A stretch of 64,000 nt of DNA from a virus (lineage: Duplodnaviria > Heunggongvirae > Uroviricota > Caudoviricetes). The position numbers and the translations under genes were made by a program. Location: IMG/VR virus record IMGVR_UViG_3300029505_000002; one strand, given 5' to 3'. Under the pieces are notes generated by a model. The model saw nothing but the letters and a program-made list of their open reading frames with translations. It ran no database searches and was not told the origin of the DNA. How positions within the stretch are numbered: position 1 is the stretch's first letter; the number at the start of each line of letters is the position of its first letter. Of this stretch, positions 1 through 9,611 are shown one piece after another.

Positions 1-15
1 TCTTCACTTTCATTT

Positions 16-255
16 CTATACCTCTCTAAAATTAACACTTTTTAATTTTTCATTATGTGCTAATTTTTTAAAATATTCATCATTAGGAGAATAGTGATCA
101 CAAATTTTATTTTCTATATCTTTTAATTCCATATCTAATATATTACATTTAGGATATTTCTCTTCAAATGCTTTATATCTATATCCAAAAGCCAGTCTTT
201 TTCCGAATCCTTTATTAGCACAATATTCACAACATTTCTTAATTTCTTTTTCCAT
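16..255 (-). CDS. hypothetical small Cys-rich protein
   Basis: 79-aa ORF co-oriented and contiguous with neighbours; CCxxC and other Cys pairs suggest Zn binding. Confidence 0.4.
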   Translation of the reverse strand: MEKEIKKCCEYCANKGFGKRLAFGYRYKAFEEKYPKCNILDMELKDIENKICDHYSPNDEYFKKLAHNEKLKSVNFREV

Positions 256-726
256 TTATTTCCCTCCAAATACTCTCCTATAAGCTTCAAAAAATTCTTC
301 TTTTGTTATTTTTCTATCTTTTATATTATTCATAAAATTATCAATACTTTCTTTATTAAAATATTTCATTAAAGGAAATTCTTGTTGATAAAAAAAATCA
401 TATTCTATATTTCCATATTCATTTTCCCATAACAAAAAATAATTTTTTTCATCTTTTTTAAATTCAACAACTTCTAACTTTCTCAATTCACTTTCTAAAT
501 CCAAAGGTTTTTCAGGAATTTCAAATTTAATTTCATCCCAGAATAATCTTGGATAAATTTCTGTGTCATTATATTTTCCATCTAATGTATAAAAAATTAT
601 TTTACCATTATCGAATTTTACTTCTATTGGATATATGAATTTCGTTATATCATAGACTTCTACTATTGTTCCCCAACCATAAATAAAATCCCAAACATTT
701 TCTCCTACCTTTGCATTCCTAAACAT
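256..726 (-). CDS. hypothetical protein (paralog of ORF 22487..22981)
   Basis: 156-aa ORF; shares LFW(D/E)..FEIP.KP...NYFL.W.NE....KITKE.F pattern with the 164-aa ORF at 22487..22981. Confidence 0.5.
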   Translation of the reverse strand: MFRNAKVGENVWDFIYGWGTIVEVYDITKFIYPIEVKFDNGKIIFYTLDGKYNDTEIYPRLFWDEIKFEIPEKPLDLESELRKLEVVEFKKDEKNYFLLWENEYGNIEYDFFYQQEFPLMKYFNKESIDNFMNNIKDRKITKEEFFEAYRRVFGGK

Positions 727-746
727 TTTTCATTCCTCCTATTATA

Positions 747-1145
747 TTAATCATTATCCCAATAATTAGGTTTTTCTACTTCTTTAATTTCAAATATCAT
801 ATATTTATCAACATGACATTCTAATATTTTATAAATATCATGTCCTCCAACTATTCCTTTTTCATAACTACATCTTGTAATTTCAGAAATGTTAAAATCT
901 CCCCAGTCTTCTGAATATTCTCCGTACAATTGTGTAATTAATTCTTCATCTATACTTTCGAATTCTTTATCCTTAAATGCAAATCTTACAGCAACAAATT
1001 TATTTTCAAATTTTGAAAGCTTATTAAATATTCTATCTTCCCATTTTTGAATCTTTTTTTCGTTTGTATCACTTAAATATAGATTTCTATCTATCCGACC
1101 ATCTCCGTCGATTTTAACCCAACCTTTTAATGTCATTTTTTCCAT
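747..1145 (-). CDS. hypothetical protein
   Basis: 132-aa ORF, co-oriented, tight spacing. Confidence 0.45.
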   Translation of the reverse strand: MEKMTLKGWVKIDGDGRIDRNLYLSDTNEKKIQKWEDRIFNKLSKFENKFVAVRFAFKDKEFESIDEELITQLYGEYSEDWGDFNISEITRCSYEKGIVGGHDIYKILECHVDKYMIFEIKEVEKPNYWDND

Positions 1146-1212
1146 TTTTATTCCTCCTTATTCATAATTTTAATTAAAAAAAGAGAACGAATCAAATCGC
1201 CCTCTTTAAACT

Positions 1213-1836
1213 TTAATATTCAATTCCTTCATCTCTTATTTCTGTATTAATTTCTTGTCCATGTAGTGCTTTTAAAAGATCTTCTATTATATGTTTTTTT
1301 ACATTTCTATTATTTACTGTTTGTAAAAACCACTTTAGATCTTTATTTTCATATCCATCTAATATATGAGGAAGTATTTCTGTTGCTATTTCTTTTTCTG
1401 TTAAATGCTTATAATCAGAACGTTTTCTAATTACTATTTCTTTTATTGTATTTACAAGAGCATGAATTTTAAAATCCATTCTTTTTCTTAAATCTTCTAT
1501 ATCTTTGGCACAGAAAAAAACATTTTGCTTTAAGCTGGCTAATACCGTGTTATCTTCTTTTAAATAAATGTTAGATATTTTTTCTGTAGAAAATATAGGA
1601 ATATTATTCTCCATATAGAATTTCTGTTTTGTTTCAATGATAAAAGGTATATCTAAATCTTCAAATTTTATTTCATACTCTCTATACATAAATTCATCTT
1701 TTGTAACTGTATTTTTAAAATGATCTTTTACAGTAAAGCTTTTCTTTAAAGTTAATAAACCTGCTCTTACAAATAATCCATCTATATTTTTTCCAATTAA
1801 TTTTCTTAAATCTTCTAATCTTTTTTTATAAATCAT
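1213..1836 (-). CDS. hypothetical protein
   Basis: 207-aa ORF, co-oriented; divergent from recombinase gene. Confidence 0.45.
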   Translation of the reverse strand: MIYKKRLEDLRKLIGKNIDGLFVRAGLLTLKKSFTVKDHFKNTVTKDEFMYREYEIKFEDLDIPFIIETKQKFYMENNIPIFSTEKISNIYLKEDNTVLASLKQNVFFCAKDIEDLRKRMDFKIHALVNTIKEIVIRKRSDYKHLTEKEIATEILPHILDGYENKDLKWFLQTVNNRNVKKHIIEDLLKALHGQEINTEIRDEGIEY

Positions 1837-2020
1837 TTTTTTACCTCAATTTTTAAAATTATTGACAATTATACTAAAAAAATAACTTTTTGTCATTTCT
1901 ATTATTTGAAAATAGATTAACAATTTATAACCTTATTTTTTATAATTGTTTTTAAATATGAATTATTAATCTTTATTTTAATAATTATTTTCAATAATTT
2001 TATCAATATAAACTGATATA

Positions 2021-2136
2021 AAAGGTCGATAAATACATAAATATCGACTTTTATTTTATTGATATTATTAGATTTTTAAATTATCATTAAAATTCATCAA
2101 TATTTATCGACTTTTTTCTTTTAGTTTATCGACCAA
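2021..2136. repeat. four copies of TATCGAC (one inverted, three direct) in the divergent intergenic region upstream of the tyrosine recombinase; candidate recombinase-binding or regulatory repeats
   Basis: ggTCGATAaa ~2023, aTATCGACtt ~2042, tTATCGACtt ~2105, tTATCGACca ~2128, all read directly from the sequence. Confidence 0.45.
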
Positions 2137-2163
2137 TATGTTATAATAAATTGAGGTGATTAT

Positions 2164-2706
2164 ATGGCTCATAAAGTAACTAAACCATTAACTGAATATG
2201 AAATTACAAAAATTTTAAATAATGTTACTCAAGATGTAAAAAACGCTTTGCTTATCCAACTTAATACTGGACTAAGAATATCAGATATAGTAAGACTGAA
2301 ATATTCAGATATTCAGTTTGGAAAATTAGAAGTTATAGAAAAAAAGACTGGGAAACCCCAGATCACAAAAATCAATATGGATTTAGTTCAATATATTTTT
2401 GAGCATAGAACCATAATTGGCTCTGACTATATTTTTTGGAATGGTAAAACTAAAATAGATTCCATCATTCGTAAAATTGAAAAGCAAATCATTAAAGCTT
2501 GTGATTACGAGAATATACATTCTGAATTTATTTCTACACATAGTTTTAGAAAAACATTCGCTACCAATGCTTATAAAGAAACTAATGATATTCTAGTAGT
2601 ACAATATCTTCTTAACCATAGTAGTGTATCTGTTACTCAAAGATATATACAAATTAATAAAGATAAAGCAGATAGTTTTAGAAGTAAAAGTAGAATAGGG
2701 TTTTAA
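2164..2706 (+). CDS. small tyrosine site-specific recombinase (phage integrase/Xer family catalytic domain)
   Basis: C-terminal catalytic signature GLRISD (Arg), HSFRKTFAT (His-x-x-Arg), LNHSS (His), TQRY (Tyr nucleophile); only 180 aa, so the N-terminal DNA-binding domain is minimal. Confidence 0.75.
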   Translation: MAHKVTKPLTEYEITKILNNVTQDVKNALLIQLNTGLRISDIVRLKYSDIQFGKLEVIEKKTGKPQITKINMDLVQYIFEHRTIIGSDYIFWNGKTKIDSIIRKIEKQIIKACDYENIHSEFISTHSFRKTFATNAYKETNDILVVQYLLNHSSVSVTQRYIQINKDKADSFRSKSRIGF

Positions 2707-2734
2707 AAAGAGGAGAAATATTTCTCCTCTTTTG

Positions 2735-2917
2735 TTATACTATTTCTTCTGCTTTTTCATGATGCTCACAGGAATGTTGATAAGTTTGAGCATCTACTTT
2801 TGTCCAACAACTATGTCTATGTTTACAATTTCCACAGTTTTTAATTGTTGTTATTTCATAAGCAATTACCATTATTGCTATTACAAAAGCTATTAATAAT
2901 ATACCTAATACTACCAT
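2735..2917 (-). CDS. small membrane protein with Cys/His-rich tail
   Basis: 60-aa ORF with a hydrophobic N-terminal helix followed by C..C..H.H.C...H..C.HH. Confidence 0.3.
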   Translation of the reverse strand: MVVLGILLIAFVIAIMVIAYEITTIKNCGNCKHRHSCWTKVDAQTYQHSCEHHEKAEEIV

Positions 2918-2919
2918 TA

Positions 2920-3324
2920 TTATATTTCACATCCTGTCTTTATTTGGATATGTGCCGCATCAAAGAATTTCCAATCATATCCAAATTCTATTTGGTCTGG
3001 ATAAAGACTATTAGCTACAGCTTTAAATATAGGTATAATTGCATCATAGTATTTTTTGTCCCATGTATTTTTTCCATTAACATAAGGAACAACATCAAAA
3101 GCTCTTACTATACCATTTGCATCTGGAATATGTTTAGAATTCATAGTTTTACTTTTTCCTGTTGCAACATATTCTTTTTGCTTAGAAATACTTCTTGTAG
3201 TTTCAAAAATAGTTATATCATACGGAAGATCTAGTCTTGCAACTTCACATATAACATGAACAAGTCTATAATCTAATCCAGCACATAAATTCAATTTACT
3301 TTTTTTTCCAAATTTAATTTGCAT
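2920..3324 (-). CDS. peptidase M15 family (L-Ala-D-Glu / DD-peptidase, endolysin-like)
   Basis: SKHIPDANGIVRAFD matches the S-x-H-x-x-G-x-A-x-D zinc-ligand motif of M15 peptidases; a C-terminal His (DAAHIQI) is also present. Confidence 0.6.
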   Translation of the reverse strand: MQIKFGKKSKLNLCAGLDYRLVHVICEVARLDLPYDITIFETTRSISKQKEYVATGKSKTMNSKHIPDANGIVRAFDVVPYVNGKNTWDKKYYDAIIPIFKAVANSLYPDQIEFGYDWKFFDAAHIQIKTGCEI

Positions 3325-3872
3325 CTAAACTCCCTTTCGATTATATCTAGAACTTCAGAAAAAGTTTCTTCTCTTGATAAATTAGTAACATCTAAAATTT
3401 TAACATTTGATAATCCTTTCAAATGCTTTTTATCAAGATGCTCTTCGATATCAAAATCCTTTTCTCCTCTAGATAAAAATCTTTTTTCTCTTTCATTTTC
3501 ATCTATATATAAGAAGATACCATGTAATTCTGATATTAAACATTTTTCTGTTAAATTCTTAAATTCCTTAGAGTCTATTGCATATATATTGATTTTATCT
3601 TCCATAAAACTACTTTCATCAGTCCAAGAATAATATCCTTTAGGGCTATGATAAACTGCAAAAGCATAATCTTTTTTTCTTTCATAGAAAGCTTCTGAAA
3701 CAAATATATGACTTTCTTTGTCCTTTGTATCATTTTGTCTTACTGGTCTAGTAGTAAAAGATTTTACATAGTGAAAGATGTCAGGTCTCTCACTACATAA
3801 TTTATCTATTACAGTTGTTTTCCCTGTTCCACTTTTTGCCATTATTGCTATTACCTTCATATTATACCTCAT
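3291..3872 (-). CDS. P-loop nucleoside monophosphate kinase (guanylate kinase-like)
   Basis: Walker A AKSGTGKTT; SFTTRPVR resembles the guanylate kinase TTRxxR motif. Confidence 0.6.
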   Translation of the reverse strand: MRYNMKVIAIMAKSGTGKTTVIDKLCSERPDIFHYVKSFTTRPVRQNDTKDKESHIFVSEAFYERKKDYAFAVYHSPKGYYSWTDESSFMEDKINIYAIDSKEFKNLTEKCLISELHGIFLYIDENEREKRFLSRGEKDFDIEEHLDKKHLKGLSNVKILDVTNLSREETFSEVLDIIEREFRCKLNLEKKVN

Positions 3873-4512
3873 ATTGTTTTTTTATTTCTGCAATATTATT
3901 TTCTATATCATTTATACTTACTTGACCAATTCCTTTTAAATTTCTTATAAAATCGTTATCTAATTGTAATAAATCATATACATTAGTAATACCTTTTATT
4001 TTTAAAGCATTATAAGATCTTACTTTTAAATTTAAGTTTTCAATAGGCATTTTCTTTAATCTTTCAGAATCATCAACTACCATTATTCCTTGTAATAAAT
4101 CTTTTACAGGTTGTTCATTATTAGTTTCTGGAACATTTTGAAATCCTGTACATAAAGCTTTTAATTCATTATTAAAGAAAATATTAATTCCGTCTTTATC
4201 TTTAGTATAGTTGAAATTAGCAAAAACAGATAGAAAATCAAACTCTTGTTTATTTAATCTTATATACTCTTTATATTCTAAATCAAAGTTAAATCTTTTA
4301 ATTCTATCTATGCATACTTTTAAACTATTTTTAGTTCTTGCATTAGTGTTGTAATAAAAACAAATATTATCTTTAGGGTTGTTAAAAAAGTTTACTCTTA
4401 CTACATCAAAATTTCCATAAGTTTTAGTTTCTAATGAATAATCAATAATTGCTGTTCCTTCTTTGTTTTCTAGTCCGCTTAATTGGTCAAAATTAAATAT
4501 TTTAGTCATCAA
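3862..4512 (-). CDS. hypothetical protein with RNA polymerase alpha-CTD-like helix-hairpin-helix at the C-terminus
   Basis: C-terminal LKVRSYNALKIKGITNVYDLL...LKGIGQVSINDI resembles the alpha-CTD HhH (RSYNCLKR...G). Confidence 0.4.
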   Translation of the reverse strand: MMTKIFNFDQLSGLENKEGTAIIDYSLETKTYGNFDVVRVNFFNNPKDNICFYYNTNARTKNSLKVCIDRIKRFNFDLEYKEYIRLNKQEFDFLSVFANFNYTKDKDGINIFFNNELKALCTGFQNVPETNNEQPVKDLLQGIMVVDDSERLKKMPIENLNLKVRSYNALKIKGITNVYDLLQLDNDFIRNLKGIGQVSINDIENNIAEIKKQYEV

Positions 4513-4659
4513 AATTCATCTCCTTATAATCATATGTTATTATATTCTTTGGGTAGCCGAAGATTATGCAGCTATTAAGTATAGTGTTGGTAATCTTCAA
4601 ATCTGACAGTCGTACTACGTTTATATAACGCTTGACGGCTGTTTTTTTATACATTAAAT

Positions 4660-4673
4660 TTCCGCATGCGGAA
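4660..4673. repeat. copy 1 of conserved palindrome TTCCGCATGCGGAA (plus orientation of the extended motif)
   Basis: perfect 14-bp GC-rich palindrome in an AT-rich intergenic region, flanked by A/T runs. Confidence 0.7.
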
Positions 4674-4679
4674 AAATAA

Positions 4680-4713
4680 AAAGAGTAGAGTGTTTAAAAA
4701 CCCTACTCTTTTC
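4680..4713 (-). terminator. rho-independent terminator downstream of the RNR gene
   Basis: hairpin aaaagagtagagtg...ccctactctttt with a T-run on the minus strand just past the RNR stop. Confidence 0.5.
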
Positions 4714-4778
4714 TTTTATTGGTAATTATTTTTTACCTTTTTTCTTTTTTGTTGATTTGCAAGCCATTGCAAGTCCTC

Positions 4779-6986
4779 CTAGTCACATTTACTATATCCA
4801 CAACTATGACATGTATAACATCCGCCTTCTGGAGATAATTCCATACCACATATTGGACATTCTAATTTGTTATTTGGTTTTGTTTGTATTTTTATTTTAT
4901 TCTCTTTTGATTTTTTTTCAATTCTAGGTATAGATATTGTATCTTTTTGCATTTCTTGTTGAAGGTCTAAAACCATCTTTAATAAAATATTAGGACAATT
5001 TTTACCAGTAATTTCTACTCCTCTAGTTCTAGCTAATGTACAAGATGAACAAGCGTCTATTCCTAAAAATGATTTCTGAATATCTGCAAGATTTCCTCCA
5101 AGTCTTAAAACTTGAGAAATAAGAATTGCTTCACCTTGGATATTTTTTGAACATCCGCCTTGCCCTTTCGCTATGTAATATATATCAGTTACTCTATTTT
5201 CCGAAGGGCTAAATCCTATCATAACCTTTGCTCTTCCACAACCATTAATCATATCTCTTGGTATATAAATTGTATCAGCAGGAACTTTATCCATTATTCC
5301 TCTAGGGATTTCAATTTCTTCTTTCTTTTTATTAGGATTAACTTCGTTAAGCACTCCTTCTATTGAACCATCAACATATACGGTTAATCCTTTTACACCT
5401 TGTTGCCACCCATAAATATATAGTTTTTTAATATCTTCAACTGTAGCCTCTTCTTTGAAGTTAGTAGTATTAGATATTGATAGGTCTACATATTTTTGCC
5501 AAGCAGAAATTACATCAACTTTTTCTTCGACAGATACATCTCTAGTATCTATGCAATAATCAGGTTTATATCCAAATTTGTCTATAATATCTTGTATTGG
5601 CTTATGAAATACTTCATAATAAGTATTTGTATTGTTTAAACTTTCTGTCTTTCTTGTATAAGACATTCTGAAAATAGGCTCTATTCCAGTAGATATATTT
5701 AGGAGTAGACTTATACTACCTGCTGGAGCAATACTTAATAAAGAATTGTTTCTTAATCCTTTTATATAAGGAACACCTAATTCTTCCATTCTTTTTTCAT
5801 CTTCAAGTATTCCTTCTGGTTGTCCATATAATTGACCTAAATATTGAGATTCTTTTATTGCTTTATCTCTCATAAGTTTAGCTATTTCTTCAGATAATTC
5901 TACAGATTCTTCACTTCCATATCTAATTCCAAGTTTCATAAACATGTCTGCTAGCCCCATTATCCCTAAACCTATTCCTCTATATTTTTCAGCTCTATCA
6001 TTTTGAATTTGTAAACCATTTTTTCCTATTCCATAATCATGAGCTTTATCTAGTGCAAATATTGCTGTTTTTACATCTTCTCCAAATGTTTCGAAATCAA
6101 AGAAAGAGTGACCAAATTCTTCTTTTACATAAGCTGACAAATTCATAGATCCTAATAAACATACAGTGCCTTTAACTCCTATAAATTCACTACAAGCATT
6201 ATTAAATAATTCTTTATCATTGTATATACTGCCAAAAAGATGATTTTCTCTATATCTATCTACAAATAATATACCTGGCTCAAAAGCTGTTTTAGGAGTA
6301 TCAACAATTGCATTCATTATTGCAACTGTATCAACAGTATGAGGAATAACTTCTCCAGTAGCTTCTACTATAAAATCTTTTTGATAAGATTCTCCTTTCA
6401 TATAATGTTCCATAAATTCATCTGTTATTAAAACTGAAAGGTTTGCTGATGTTATTTCTCCTCCATCACCCTTGTTCCCTTTTTTGATTTTGATAAAGTC
6501 CATAATATCAGGATGATCACAATGTAATCCAGCAAGCATTGCTCCTCTTCTTGCCCCACCTCTTTTTACATTTTCTGTTACAGAGTTAAATATTTTTAAA
6601 AAACCTATAACTCCATCAGATTTATGGTGTCCACCTATACTAGCTCCTTTAGGTCTTATTTTAGATAAAGCAACTCCAACACCAGCTTCTTTTTTATAAG
6701 AAATAGCTAGATTTTTAGCAGTATCCATTATATCATCTAAAGAATCTTCTACATAAGAAAATGTTGTACAATTTGAAAGTCCTTGTCCATTATCTGTGTT
6801 TAGATTAGCAAGTATTCTCCCACCATATAAGAACTTTTTATCTAATATTAATTGCTTTACTTTTTCTTCTCCGTTACTGATTCTTTCTATCCATTCATCA
6901 AAACTTTCATTATTAAATCTATATTTTTTATTCCATACATCTATAGATAGTTTATTATCTTCTCCAAGCCATTCTTGTACTGTCAT
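4779..6986 (-). CDS. ribonucleotide reductase catalytic subunit (class II NrdJ-like, C-terminal Zn ribbon)
   Basis: 735 aa with an RNR barrel region and active-site-like N-x-C-x-E (NACSEF); C-terminal CPICG...CYTCHSCG zinc ribbon; no small subunit (NrdB) gene in the window. Confidence 0.7.
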   Translation of the reverse strand: MTVQEWLGEDNKLSIDVWNKKYRFNNESFDEWIERISNGEEKVKQLILDKKFLYGGRILANLNTDNGQGLSNCTTFSYVEDSLDDIMDTAKNLAISYKKEAGVGVALSKIRPKGASIGGHHKSDGVIGFLKIFNSVTENVKRGGARRGAMLAGLHCDHPDIMDFIKIKKGNKGDGGEITSANLSVLITDEFMEHYMKGESYQKDFIVEATGEVIPHTVDTVAIMNAIVDTPKTAFEPGILFVDRYRENHLFGSIYNDKELFNNACSEFIGVKGTVCLLGSMNLSAYVKEEFGHSFFDFETFGEDVKTAIFALDKAHDYGIGKNGLQIQNDRAEKYRGIGLGIMGLADMFMKLGIRYGSEESVELSEEIAKLMRDKAIKESQYLGQLYGQPEGILEDEKRMEELGVPYIKGLRNNSLLSIAPAGSISLLLNISTGIEPIFRMSYTRKTESLNNTNTYYEVFHKPIQDIIDKFGYKPDYCIDTRDVSVEEKVDVISAWQKYVDLSISNTTNFKEEATVEDIKKLYIYGWQQGVKGLTVYVDGSIEGVLNEVNPNKKKEEIEIPRGIMDKVPADTIYIPRDMINGCGRAKVMIGFSPSENRVTDIYYIAKGQGGCSKNIQGEAILISQVLRLGGNLADIQKSFLGIDACSSCTLARTRGVEITGKNCPNILLKMVLDLQQEMQKDTISIPRIEKKSKENKIKIQTKPNNKLECPICGMELSPEGGCYTCHSCGYSKCD

Positions 6987-7162
6987 ATTAATTCACGCTT
7001 CCTTCCTCTGCTTTTTCTTTTGCTGCTTTAATTATAAAATCTTCATTTATATATTTTAACTTGTCATTACAAGGTTTACATTTCCAATTTCCTGTTGCTA
7101 TATCAATAACACTTTCTAAAGGTTTTCTAAGTATTTCTTCTACTAACTCCCAATTTTTCATA

Positions 7163-7642
7163 TTATACCTCCATAGAATTAAATTCTCTCTCTATACAAT
7201 ACATAGAATAAGTACTTAATTGATTAGTTTTATACAAATCTAAAGCTTGTTCATAAGTAATATATTGCTTTTCATTATATATAATAGAATCCATTATATT
7301 AGAATCTATTGTATTTAAAGCTCTACTATAATCTTTATATTTAATACATATAATATTACCCAAGGATAATATTCCGTCTTTTAAGTATACTCCTCTTGTT
7401 GTTTCTATGTAGTCTGTAATCATAGGAACAATATTAAATTCTTGTTCAAGAATTGGATTTAAAAAATAAGTAACACTTTGTGATTCATCTATTGGTGTGC
7501 ATGGTAAAGTATATTGGTTAAAATAAGGTGTTTTACAAATTAAAAATTTACCTTCTGAATTTCTATATAATGCCATTGCTATTGAATCTTTTTGAAGTTT
7601 TTGAGCAACTTCATAAATATCACCTACTGCCATTCTTTTCAC
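7163..7642 (-). CDS. hypothetical protein
   Basis: 159-aa ORF with a TATAAT-like -10 upstream. Confidence 0.45.
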   Translation of the reverse strand: MKRMAVGDIYEVAQKLQKDSIAMALYRNSEGKFLICKTPYFNQYTLPCTPIDESQSVTYFLNPILEQEFNIVPMITDYIETTRGVYLKDGILSLGNIICIKYKDYSRALNTIDSNIMDSIIYNEKQYITYEQALDLYKTNQLSTYSMYCIEREFNSMEV

Positions 7643-7667
7643 CTCATTTCTTTTTTTTATAGTATAA

Positions 7668-7690
7668 TTATATTAGCATTAAAAAAGGTT
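7668..7690 (-). terminator. rho-independent terminator
   Basis: ggttgagttcgattactcaacc stem-loop preceded by an A-run (T-run on the minus strand) after the stop of 7699..8217. Confidence 0.5.
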
Positions 7691-7698
7691 GAGTTCGA

Positions 7699-8217
7699 TT
7701 ACTCAACCAATTTCTTCACACTTTGATAATAAGCATATACTCTTTCTCTAGTTCTTTCTGCATCTTTAATAAAGGTATCTACAAAATCAAAATCTGTTTT
7801 AATATCATTTTTTTCAAGTTCTAAATTTATTAGTTGTTCTTTAACAGCTTTCTTTTTTGCTTCTTCTTTTTCTCCTTTTGTTTTAGATTCTATTACTGCT
7901 TCAAGAAATTCTACACTTTTTTCAACTTTTATTTTTTCAAGATCATATTTTTTATTAATTGTATCACTTTTAATTTTTACATATAATCTTAATTGTTCAA
8001 GCCAACCTAACATTTTATCAGCTTTTTCTATAAAATCTATACAATCATCTAATGCTTTTGGATTTACACCTTGTAGTGTAGATATATCTTGAAGTCTAGT
8101 TCTATTTTCTATTTGAGTTTCGTATAAGTCTATGTTATGTTTTATTCCATCTCTTTTTTTCTCATCAGAAATGTATTTTTCTAATATAATTTTAAGAACT
8201 GAACTTCCTTTTAACAT
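7699..8217 (-). CDS. hypothetical coiled-coil protein
   Basis: 172-aa ORF, K/E-rich heptad-like sequence. Confidence 0.45.
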   Translation of the reverse strand: MLKGSSVLKIILEKYISDEKKRDGIKHNIDLYETQIENRTRLQDISTLQGVNPKALDDCIDFIEKADKMLGWLEQLRLYVKIKSDTINKKYDLEKIKVEKSVEFLEAVIESKTKGEKEEAKKKAVKEQLINLELEKNDIKTDFDFVDTFIKDAERTRERVYAYYQSVKKLVE

Positions 8218-9611
8218 TTAAACACTTCCTTTAAATCATAATTTAGTTTTAATTTTCCACTACATCTAGTAATAGCAACATATAAAATATATATTTCATC
8301 TATATATTCTTGTTTTCCTTTTTGCTTCATTTCATTTATTTTATCTAAAGTAGGAAAATCATCTGCTATTTCAACATTTTCTATCTGCATCCCTTTACAT
8401 TTGTGAGCAGTTACTAATTCTATATTTGATATTGATTTATCAAATGTTATTTTTTCTATAACTTCTTCAAGTATTTTAGTTAATTCTTTTCCATAAGAAT
8501 TTTTCAATTTTAGATATATGCCTAATACAGTATCTTTAGACTTCTTATAATAGATAGATATTAACTCTTCATTTCTAAATAAAACTCCTCTATAATTATA
8601 TGATTGACCCAATTCTATCAATGATAAATTATAAATGTGCTTTATATTTTCATAAGTACTTTCTGGAATAAAGCATACTTTGTTATTATAAATAGTTTCT
8701 GTTATTAGTCTTTCTATTAATGAAGCATTGGTCCTAAATATAATAGTTTTATTTTCGTCATTATCAAAATCATCTACTACTATTTGATTTTGATTTATCC
8801 CTATTATTTCATATGTACTATCTTTAATAAAGTTCTTAATAAAGAAGTTACACATATTAGCTATAGAAGGTCCAAATCTAAAGCTTTGAGTAAGGGAATA
8901 ATCATAATGATCAATTCCTAATGCTCCATTATAACCATAGATTTTTTGGAATTGGTCACCTACTTGAACTGTTTTAGAGTTCTTTCCTATACTATTACAT
9001 ATATCTAAATAACAAGCAGATACATCTTGAAATTCATCTATAAGTATCTTATTCATATAAGAAGATGGTTTTATAAGTTGAAAACATTTTATATAAAACT
9101 CATGAAACATAGGAGCAGAGGAATCTTTTAATAGATAATTCCATATTTTAATAAACTCTGATTGTCTTAATTTATTTTCTTTACAAAATTCTATTAATGT
9201 TTTGTCAGATTTAAAAAACGTGGTGAGATATTCTAAAAAGTAATTAACTTCATTTGCCTCATGTTTCATTCCTACATTTATCAATATTCTTTCCATGCTA
9301 AAGTAATCAAAAGATTCAAGATTTTTCTTCCTATAATAAAAGTTATTTATTACATTAGAAGAATTAAAATAAGCAAAAGCCAAACTATGAAAAGTATCTA
9401 TTTTTACATTTCCTATATGTTTATTTTTTGCTTTTTCTATTAATTCTCTTCTAATCATAGAGTTAAAACAAAGTATTTGATTGGTTTCTTTTTTATTATG
9501 TTCAGCTATAGATAAAAGTAAATGTGATTTTCCCATCCCTGGTCCTGCATTAACTGTAATTTTATTTAATGTAGAATTAATGATTTCTAATTGTTCGTTA
9601 GTATGGTTCAT
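8211..9611 (-). CDS. compact SF1 DNA helicase (UvrD/PcrA-like)
   Basis: Walker A GPGMGKSH; motif II ILIDEFQDVS; motif VI-like YVAITRC. Confidence 0.7.
   Translation of the reverse strand: MNHTNEQLEIINSTLNKITVNAGPGMGKSHLLLSIAEHNKKETNQILCFNSMIRRELIEKAKNKHIGNVKIDTFHSLAFAYFNSSNVINNFYYRKKNLESFDYFSMERILINVGMKHEANEVNYFLEYLTTFFKSDKTLIEFCKENKLRQSEFIKIWNYLLKDSSAPMFHEFYIKCFQLIKPSSYMNKILIDEFQDVSACYLDICNSIGKNSKTVQVGDQFQKIYGYNGALGIDHYDYSLTQSFRFGPSIANMCNFFIKNFIKDSTYEIIGINQNQIVVDDFDNDENKTIIFRTNASLIERLITETIYNNKVCFIPESTYENIKHIYNLSLIELGQSYNYRGVLFRNEELISIYYKKSKDTVLGIYLKLKNSYGKELTKILEEVIEKITFDKSISNIELVTAHKCKGMQIENVEIADDFPTLDKINEMKQKGKQEYIDEIYILYVAITRCSGKLKLNYDLKEVFKC

Noticed and set aside
2845-3633. Plus-strand ORFs 2845..3234 and 3319..3633 (and similar plus-strand ORFs at 5160, 6796, 9261, 10223, 10772, 11486, 12700, 12924, 13700, 13966, 14258, 15351, 17895, 19624, 20168, 26184, 27002, 29496, 30187, 34920, 43726, 44020, 46556, 49005, 54011, 54481, 55417, 56584, 57727, 61266).
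   Set aside because: All lie antisense within well-supported minus-strand genes. They have low-complexity, hydrophobic or Ser/Leu/Phe/Ile-rich translations typical of AT-rich antisense frames, and they lack RBS or start context.
4779-6986. Class III (anaerobic NrdD) assignment for the RNR because of the C-terminal Zn ribbon.
   Set aside because: No glycyl-radical motif (RVCGY-type) is present at the C-terminus. The barrel and N-x-C-x-E features fit class I/II better. Class II is tentative without a search.
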